Under the pieces are notes generated by a model that ran no database searches, had not been told where the DNA came from, and was given only the letters and a program-made list of their open reading frames with translations. Made by a program: the position numbers and the translations under genes. Below are positions 56,952-64,000 of a stretch of 64,000 bases of DNA, piece by piece. Location: the IMG/VR virus record IMGVR_UViG_3300022920_000004, positions 35,001-99,000 of that record; one strand, written 5' to 3'. Numbering within the stretch: position 1 is the first letter of the stretch; the number at the start of each line of letters is the position of its first letter. The stretch comes from a virus.

Positions 56952-59672
56952 ATGGCAATGACTTGCGACGAAATAAACCAAGTAGCTTCTGAATTAAAAA
57001 TGAAGTTTGAAGCTGGTATGAAACTAAGTGCTAATGATTTAGATTTATTAGTAGAATTAACATTAGCAGCAAGAGATTGTAGTGGTGAAGTTATTTCTAT
57101 TGATTCATCTCATTACAAAGAACCTCTAAATACAATAACAGATTTAACTAATTTAAACTATTTATTGTTAACAGATCAAGAAAGACATTATGTTAAAGAA
57201 ACTAATGTAGAATATATTTGGCAAGCAGAAGCTACTCAAGGACAATATGAGCCGTTTGACAAAGGAGTTAATACACAAGGTTTTTGGTTAAAAATGGATT
57301 ATATTTCTACTATTTTAGACACAGAAGATATAAAAGTTGAGGGAAGTGGCTTATTGTTATCAGATAGAGATAAAACGGTTGATTCTTTAGGTTATAAAAT
57401 TATAAGAAGTGACTTTGATTTTACTGATATTCCAGTTGGATATGATAATTCAATTTGGGAAATTAGACATTTTCACGATTTAGGTGGTTCAACAATCTCT
57501 TTACCTACAAACGTAACACTAAAGTTTAATGGTGGTAAATTAGAAAATGGCACTTTTCATTGTAATAATACAACATTCAAAGAGCCAAATTTAAGTGGTG
57601 TATATATTAGAGATTTAGTAGGAAATTTAGCTATTAAGTCAAGTTATGAAAACACTTCTTTTATAGAAACTGATATTGCAACAGACTTTATAGATTTAAG
57701 AGGCACGACAAACACTATAAATAAAATTTATATTAAAGGCATTAATTTTTCAAATATTAGAAATGTTTTATATACAGATTCAACTATTGATTTTATAGAT
57801 TTTAGTGATAATAAATTAAATAATATAATAAATGGTGTTGGGGCTACTTCTTGGAAAAGCAATAGAAACTCTATTTTAAACAGTCTTATCGCTACTGGTA
57901 ATAGGTTTGAAAATTATGGGGGTGGCTTAAACTTATTTTCCTTGGTGAAGAACTCCGTAATAAATAGCAACATTTTCATAAATGGCACAGCGTATGGCTA
58001 TCAATCAGCAATCAGAGTAGGGGAATCAGATTTGCCAGATAATAATGCTGATTATGACACATTTGCAGCATATAGGGCAGCAGCAAAGCGTTGTGTTGTT
58101 TCTAATAATATAATTGATAACTATGTAGCAAACTCACCGATAGGCACAAGGTCTATCGTTAATGGTGTTACAGTTACTGGGTGTTCAGAGGTGATTATTA
58201 CTAATAATGTATTTTCAAATATCTCTAAAACAAATAAAGATGAAAATGATGGTCACGCTGGAGCTGTTTATGTTAAAGCAGAAAAATGTTTAATAGATGG
58301 AAATATAATTACTGATTGTGGGGGTACTGAATCGGTAATAATGGTTAAAGGTGGAGCAACTGTTTTTAAATCTGGGTCAAGAACTCAATACCCCAAAAGT
58401 GATAAAGTTTCTGTAACAAACAATAAAATTTATTTTACAGATAACACTATACCTAATCAAGGTGGTATAAAGGTGTTTTCATCAATGACAAATAACATTA
58501 GTAACAACGACATTATTGGAGCTACCAATATAGCCATAGAAACCCCAATATGTTTAAATACTATTGTTCAAAACAACAGAATTTTAAAGTTTAATTTTTC
58601 ACGAGTTATAAATCTCACTAATATTTCGGAAGTGAATAGTGAGCATGATGTTACTTATGATGGTTTATATTTAGATTCTGAAAATTGCGTTGTAGATGGA
58701 AACTTCATCGAAACTGCTAGTGTAATTGATTTTGTTTTAAGTTACTCTTCATTATTTGTGGGGATAGCTTTTCAAAATATACAATACTTTAAAAATTTAA
58801 GTGTAACAAATAACGACATTAACCTGTTAGGGGATGATAGTTTTCCATTATTAACAAACTGTTTATACTTTGTTTTAGAGTCTTATAGTTTACCTTTGGT
58901 AGAATCAGAAGATATAAATATATCAAATAATAATTTCAGAATTTCTAATTCAGATAATAGAGCTTGGTTTTTATCTTTGTATGATTCTAACGAAGGTCAT
59001 ATATTAAATAATTTTAGTATAAAAAATAACACATTAATAAAAGCAGATAATTTATTGAGGGAACGGTCAAGTATTAATTCAATAACCGCTTTACGATATT
59101 TAGGCAAAAACAGTGTTATTAAAGACAATGATGCACCCACTGGAAATGATAAAGAATTGCTAGTTGGTAACATTGCTGGTTCAATTTTTTACGAAGTTGA
59201 TTTATCTACATTAGCCGTAGGTGATAACTTTATAGATATAACTGAAATTCCTTCAAACACTTATACTTCTGTATCTGTATATTATACTGGGTTAAATATA
59301 GTAGGTTCTAGCTTACTAAATATAGGTTATTCAACAGAGGATGAAACTTCTGGTTCTACTGTTGGAGGAGTTACATTAAATGACACTTTACCAAACACAG
59401 ATGTATTGAGAATAGTTAAGTTAAATACTGTTTTTAATAGAAATTACAATAGAAATATTTTACGGATAGTTGTAGGTTCTGGAGCAACAATGCCTTTTTC
59501 TGGAAGAATGAGTATAGCGTTTAAAACAGACACTATTTTGCAAGCAAGTGAAGTTGCTGAAGTTGCAACAACAGCAAGTGGTACTTATGATGCAACGCAA
59601 GTAAATTCTATCATAACAGAGTTGAGAGATTTAAAAACTAAAATGAAAAACGCTGGTTTACTTTTAGGTTAA
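56952..59672 (+). CDS. Tail spike/fibre with right-handed beta-helix (pectin-lyase-like)
   Basis: Many I.NN.I repeats; DLGG.TI.LP.NVTLKFNGG; C-terminal trimer-type helix. Confidence 0.8.
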   Translation: MAMTCDEINQVASELKMKFEAGMKLSANDLDLLVELTLAARDCSGEVISIDSSHYKEPLNTITDLTNLNYLLLTDQERHYVKETNVEYIWQAEATQGQYEPFDKGVNTQGFWLKMDYISTILDTEDIKVEGSGLLLSDRDKTVDSLGYKIIRSDFDFTDIPVGYDNSIWEIRHFHDLGGSTISLPTNVTLKFNGGKLENGTFHCNNTTFKEPNLSGVYIRDLVGNLAIKSSYENTSFIETDIATDFIDLRGTTNTINKIYIKGINFSNIRNVLYTDSTIDFIDFSDNKLNNIINGVGATSWKSNRNSILNSLIATGNRFENYGGGLNLFSLVKNSVINSNIFINGTAYGYQSAIRVGESDLPDNNADYDTFAAYRAAAKRCVVSNNIIDNYVANSPIGTRSIVNGVTVTGCSEVIITNNVFSNISKTNKDENDGHAGAVYVKAEKCLIDGNIITDCGGTESVIMVKGGATVFKSGSRTQYPKSDKVSVTNNKIYFTDNTIPNQGGIKVFSSMTNNISNNDIIGATNIAIETPICLNTIVQNNRILKFNFSRVINLTNISEVNSEHDVTYDGLYLDSENCVVDGNFIETASVIDFVLSYSSLFVGIAFQNIQYFKNLSVTNNDINLLGDDSFPLLTNCLYFVLESYSLPLVESEDINISNNNFRISNSDNRAWFLSLYDSNEGHILNNFSIKNNTLIKADNLLRERSSINSITALRYLGKNSVIKDNDAPTGNDKELLVGNIAGSIFYEVDLSTLAVGDNFIDITEIPSNTYTSVSVYYTGLNIVGSSLLNIGYSTEDETSGSTVGGVTLNDTLPNTDVLRIVKLNTVFNRNYNRNILRIVVGSGATMPFSGRMSIAFKTDTILQASEVAEVATTASGTYDATQVNSIITELRDLKTKMKNAGLLLG

Positions 59673-59793
59673 AAAAAACAAACAATCAAAATATGTACAG
59701 TAACCCACAAGCAGCAGTAGGATTAAGTAAATTAAAAAAACGGGTGGGTAAAACTACCCATTAAAACAAATCAAATATAAAAATAAACAAACT

Positions 59794-60288
59794 ATGAACG
59801 CTACTCCACACACAGTAATAGGTTATTCAATGATTAAACTAGCAGGTGGCAATCCATTAGGTTGCCTACTTGCTTTTACTAGTCATTTAGTAGCTGACTA
59901 TGTAAATGAAAATGGTTTAAAAACTACTAAACAAAGAATACTTTTTGATGTACTTCCTACTATAATTTTGTTTATTGCGAGTTATTTTTATGGGGGAGTA
60001 GATGAAGCTTATAAAGTGTTTCTAGGTAGTGTATTTGGAAATTTACCAGACTTAATAGATAAGAAAGGATATTTCAAGTATTGGTATCCTGGAGTTCAAA
60101 AATCCTTACCTAAACTTGTTTTCTATTTAGAAAGTAAAGCAAAAATAAAAGATTTCATAAATTGGGCAATGATTCCAACTGAATATTTACATTTTCAAAA
60201 AATAATTTTCAACCCTAAACCTATAGTAGTTAAGTGGCAAGGTTATGCAATGGTATTAATCGTATTAAGTATGTACTATTTTAAATAA
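59794..60288 (+). CDS. Membrane protein, YdjM-like metal-dependent hydrolase pattern
   Basis: TPH, AFTSH..AD, GNLPDLID, late His; several TM segments. Confidence 0.5.
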   Translation: MNATPHTVIGYSMIKLAGGNPLGCLLAFTSHLVADYVNENGLKTTKQRILFDVLPTIILFIASYFYGGVDEAYKVFLGSVFGNLPDLIDKKGYFKYWYPGVQKSLPKLVFYLESKAKIKDFINWAMIPTEYLHFQKIIFNPKPIVVKWQGYAMVLIVLSMYYFK

Positions 60289-60339
60289 ACAAAAAAATAC
60301 CTTATATTATAAATCCAATAATAAAATTAAAAGTATAAT

Positions 60340-61308
60340 ATGTATAGAATAAAAATATCAGGAAATTTTTTAGTAATATTAAATGAAACTGACCAATCAG
60401 AACATGCTCGACATCCTTTAAGGGATGCTGATTATGAACCATTTGATGAATTAACAGATAATCCTTTAATTAGGTTTACTGGTATTAATAAATCTTTTGG
60501 TATTAAAGCTGGTAATAAATCTGAGTTTAGATTTAATGAATTATTAGATGATGCTGGCGTAGCTTTCACATCATTTAGTGTATTAAGTGATCTTTTAGAT
60601 AATAATCTGGGAAAGTCTAGCCCCGTAGGTGGGGCTAATGAATATGATGATGGCAGATCAGGCTACTCTCATACAGGAGCTTTTGCAGGCAAACCTACAT
60701 CTAACAATTATGTATGGCAAGCAGGAGCAGGTATTAACTACACACAAGCTGACGTAAATGCAGGAACATTTAAGGTATTTAGCCTTGATAGAGCTGTACA
60801 CGAAGCAGTAGATAATCCTTATTGGACTAGCCCTGCACCTACAGGTCAAGGAGGAATAGGTCTTTTTGAAGGAGAACACCTACCTTATGGTGTGACTACC
60901 TTAGTAGATTATGACTATGATTATGATACTAACTACCCTACGTCAAGTGGAACAGGTTTTGAGGGTTCTACAGGTAGAATAAAGCTAAATGAAATAAAGG
61001 TAGGAGACCAATTAAGAGTAAGATTTGACTTTAACATCATACCTCAGATATCTAACACAACTGTAGAGCCAGCATTATGGTATTCTAACAGGGATGATAA
61101 CGATGATATTACGTTTACCTTCCCGTTAACAGCACAGCCTATATTCTTCGGAGCAGGTTCTGTTGCTAAAACATACCTAAATAGGGTGGAAATTAGTGCT
61201 TGGATTACTTCAGACGAAGACATCAATGCACTTACGTTACCTGCTATCAAGTCAGACAACCCTGTGATAGTACAACCTTTAGGACTACTAATAACTATTA
61301 TAAGATAA
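60340..61308 (+). CDS. Virion protein with N-terminal anchor and C-terminal beta domain; -1 frameshift site at codons 90-92
   Basis: 322 aa; G GGA AAG + hairpin at 60609-60637. Confidence 0.7.
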   Translation: MYRIKISGNFLVILNETDQSEHARHPLRDADYEPFDELTDNPLIRFTGINKSFGIKAGNKSEFRFNELLDDAGVAFTSFSVLSDLLDNNLGKSSPVGGANEYDDGRSGYSHTGAFAGKPTSNNYVWQAGAGINYTQADVNAGTFKVFSLDRAVHEAVDNPYWTSPAPTGQGGIGLFEGEHLPYGVTTLVDYDYDYDTNYPTSSGTGFEGSTGRIKLNEIKVGDQLRVRFDFNIIPQISNTTVEPALWYSNRDDNDDITFTFPLTAQPIFFGAGSVAKTYLNRVEISAWITSDEDINALTLPAIKSDNPVIVQPLGLLITIIR

Positions 61309-61312
61309 TTTT

Positions 61313-64000
61313 ATGGCTATAAAAATTGTAAGAAATAACGAAGGTAACTGTATAAACTTCTACGGTAGTAGTAATCCGACCTATTGGAATTCTTGTCTAT
61401 CAGGTGAAGTAGATTCAACAGATAACACCTTAGTAAATATAAAAAATGATATTAAAACTGCTGAAGCAGGAGCAACCCAATACGAGTTCTTTAGAATAGA
61501 ATACACAGAGTTTCTTGATGAGGATAATAATGGATTTGCAGATGCTCAAGCTGTAGCAGACTATATCACCTTAAAGGGTAATGTAACGATAGGTACAGGG
61601 GTAACTTATAAGGGTATTTGGGATGCATCTACCAACACTCCTGATATCACAACTAATACCGCTATATTCAACGCAGGAGACTTCTATAATGTAATAGCAC
61701 AAGGTACTCACGACTTAGGTGCAGGAGATGTAGACTTCATTAATGGTGACGAGGTTATCTTTGATGGTACTGATTGGCAACATAAGCCTTATGCGGGTGC
61801 TTTAATAGAGTATGATAGTACATCTATACTACTTAACAACAACGGAGCTGTATATGCTGATGGTGCACAAGGATTAGAAGAGCCTAATGGTTCTGAAGAT
61901 GGATGGTACTTTAAGAATGATGAAGTAGGCAAGAAGATTAACTGGTATTTCTTAGGTAATGAGAATGCAGGTTATCAGATTACTAAAGCTACACTACAAG
62001 GTGGATATGTTAGAATCAAGCTATTACAAGAGCTAGGAACTGACTCTCCATTCTTTTCTTTGTATACTACTCCAAAAGGAGATGGGTATGATAGATTCTG
62101 GTTTAGAAGTAGATATAGCTACATAGGAGACTTTACAGGAATTGCTGTAGGTCAAGAAGTTATAGCGTATTGGGGAGAAGACCCTAGTGTGCACCCTGAA
62201 TTGACAAGAGTTACTTTAACTCAGGATTCATTCAGTAGCTTGATATCTGAGCATCCTGATGTATCTAATGACTCAGTATACACTATGTCACTTGGAACTA
62301 ATTCTGCCGCTACTACAGACTCTATTGAGTTCATAGCAAAGGAATTAGGGTATAAGAACCAACAATACTTAAGAAGCTACCTATTAGAAGCTAAACTAGA
62401 GAGCCTAGTAGTAAGTCCTAATGGTCACGACTTACTTGACGAGGTTGTAGACTTCAAATTAGATGCTACATCTACTAGTATTATGCTAGATAATGGATAC
62501 GCATACGGAGTTAACACAATCAAAGCTGTAGACTTAGGTAATGGATTAATAACTATAAAATCAATACAAGGCGATTTAGAGCACTTTATTAACTTAGACC
62601 ATACAAATGTAACTATTGATGGAGAAAGTGCAGTAGGAGGCTTAAATGACGTTATTAACGTATTGAATGAGCTGTTCACCGTGGGTGCATTTCAATCTGT
62701 TGTAATTTCAGATCCTTACTCAACTATGATAGCTGATGTAGCTGGAGTGGTAACAACAGAATTAACTGCTGCTAAAGGTACTGCTATTGAAACAGGAACA
62801 GATGAATATGGAGCTACTACTGCAGGATATAACGCAGCAGGTTATAAGACACCTGAAACTATTAATCAAGCAGGAGAGTACTTTACATTTGATATTAGAA
62901 ATGAAGGTATAATAGGGTTTGGTTTAATTCCTAGTGATGCTGACTACGCTAATGGAGATTTTAACGGGAACTCTAGTTATGCAGATCCTTCTACATTCTG
63001 TAACGCAGCTAACAGTGGGCATTATGGATTCCAGTTTAGTCACTGGTTTCACCCTAGTCCTAATGGTCCTTGGACTAACTACGGAGCGAACACGTCTTAC
63101 TCTATGAGAGAAGGTTGGAGTAATGCTACTTGGAAGTTCTCAGGAAGTCCTGAAGGTGCTAAGTGGTTGAATGGGGATGTAATAAAGATGAGTGTAGGTA
63201 TTGATGAAAATAACTTCATTGTTATATCTTACTTTGACGAATCTACTTCACTATTCGTGCCTATAGCTAGAACTACATATCCTGTGCCAAATGGCTTAGA
63301 ATATCACTTAGGTATTAAGTTTGGAGATACTACAGTTAGATTAGTAGGGATTCCTAAAATTCACGAGCTTGAAGATTTAGCACCTACAATGTATTTCAGA
63401 GTTGTAGAGTCTCCTGATGGAATATACAATTATCCTGTATTTGCTACTACTGAAGAAGCTGAATACTACGATGATAATAATGGTGGAACGGGAACTTATA
63501 CTACAATAGTATTTCCTGACGACCCTACATTTACAACTTGGTATATACCTACAAATGGTTATACTAATAACGGAACAGAGATTCCTACTACAGATACATT
63601 CTTAAGTAACCCTGTAACATATACAGAGATTACTACATTGTCTAATGCAGACTTAGCACCTGATGCCTTTAGTGATGCTACAATGAATATAAATGAGCTT
63701 AGTGCAGTTAATATTCAGTTACATCCTGCAGGTGCTTCTTATGTTACTAGTATAGTAGATACAGACAGTAGTGGTTTAACTATAGATGTTAATGGTATAC
63801 ACTTAAATGGTACAGCTCCTGAAGTAACAGGTGACAACGTATCTAATCCAAGTGATACTTATACTGTTGAAGTAGTTAGAACTAACTCTTATGGTAGTGC
63901 AAGTGGAACTCTTACGTTAGTTATATCTAACTTAACTGCTCCTGTAACAGCTATTAGTGGATTTAATCACATAACTGGTACTACTGCTATGATTGATAGT
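61313..64000 (+). CDS. Large acidic/Thr-rich virion (fibre) protein, partial
   Basis: Open from ATG 61313 (MAIKIVRNNEGNCINF...) to the window edge; includes YKGIWDASTNTP motif; not in ORF track. Confidence 0.8.
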   Translation, partial: MAIKIVRNNEGNCINFYGSSNPTYWNSCLSGEVDSTDNTLVNIKNDIKTAEAGATQYEFFRIEYTEFLDEDNNGFADAQAVADYITLKGNVTIGTGVTYKGIWDASTNTPDITTNTAIFNAGDFYNVIAQGTHDLGAGDVDFINGDEVIFDGTDWQHKPYAGALIEYDSTSILLNNNGAVYADGAQGLEEPNGSEDGWYFKNDEVGKKINWYFLGNENAGYQITKATLQGGYVRIKLLQELGTDSPFFSLYTTPKGDGYDRFWFRSRYSYIGDFTGIAVGQEVIAYWGEDPSVHPELTRVTLTQDSFSSLISEHPDVSNDSVYTMSLGTNSAATTDSIEFIAKELGYKNQQYLRSYLLEAKLESLVVSPNGHDLLDEVVDFKLDATSTSIMLDNGYAYGVNTIKAVDLGNGLITIKSIQGDLEHFINLDHTNVTIDGESAVGGLNDVINVLNELFTVGAFQSVVISDPYSTMIADVAGVVTTELTAAKGTAIETGTDEYGATTAGYNAAGYKTPETINQAGEYFTFDIRNEGIIGFGLIPSDADYANGDFNGNSSYADPSTFCNAANSGHYGFQFSHWFHPSPNGPWTNYGANTSYSMREGWSNATWKFSGSPEGAKWLNGDVIKMSVGIDENNFIVISYFDESTSLFVPIARTTYPVPNGLEYHLGIKFGDTTVRLVGIPKIHELEDLAPTMYFRVVESPDGIYNYPVFATTEEAEYYDDNNGGTGTYTTIVFPDDPTFTTWYIPTNGYTNNGTEIPTTDTFLSNPVTYTEITTLSNADLAPDAFSDATMNINELSAVNIQLHPAGASYVTSIVDTDSSGLTIDVNGIHLNGTAPEVTGDNVSNPSDTYTVEVVRTNSYGSASGTLTLVISNLTAPVTAISGFNHITGTTAMIDS

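Noticed and set aside
1780-62679. Antisense or alternative-frame ORFs in the track (e.g. 1780, 10236, 10396, 13128, 19162, 20850, 20959, 25374, 27258, 34179, 35042, 36507, 39434, 41189, 45710, 47476, 47704, 49500, 50053, 54548, 60658, 61044, 62425)
   Set aside because: Shadows of well-supported genes or of the tRNA-like element; no motifs, and nearly all run against the operon direction
1-64000. Stop-codon reassignment, as seen in some crAss-like phages
   Set aside because: Long genes are intact in the standard code, TAG terminates MCP, and no suppressor tRNA was seen

Overview
A 64-kb, very AT-rich segment of a lytic, crAss-like (Crassvirales-type) podovirus that probably infects a Flavobacteriia/Bacteroidota host. 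It uses the standard genetic code. The left arm (1-36.0 kb, minus strand) carries the replication and nucleotide-metabolism genes: class I RNR alpha/beta, PD-(D/E)xK exonuclease, RusA-like resolvase, degenerate UDG, primase, SSB, AAA_24 ATPase, ThyA, DnaB-like helicase, PolA and a metallophosphoesterase. It also carries a complete phiEco32-type peptide/amide-ligase cluster, then an early-type region of small ORFs interleaved with structured intergenic elements and two distorted tRNA-like genes. After a divergent non-coding region (about 36.0-36.45 kb), the right arm (plus strand) starts with three Bacteroidota sigma70-type promoters and many small ORFs. It continues with GroES/TerS/GroEL, TerL, portal, scaffold-like protein, major capsid protein, ring/auxiliary capsid proteins and fibre/spike genes. 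Most striking observation: several tiny ORFs upstream of the packaging genes (two missing from the ORF track) look like short, diverged copies of pieces of TerL (ATPase and nuclease motifs) and of the major capsid protein. Two of them sit behind the same direct repeat, which suggests a decoy/mimic system. Other notable signals are a tRNA-Leu-like RNA with an ~80-nt anticodon-loop insertion, a GGGAAAG + hairpin -1 frameshift, a possible donor-strand fibre module, a three-member constant/variable gene family and a duplicated late-promoter motif. All family assignments come from motif recognition by eye; no searches were run.
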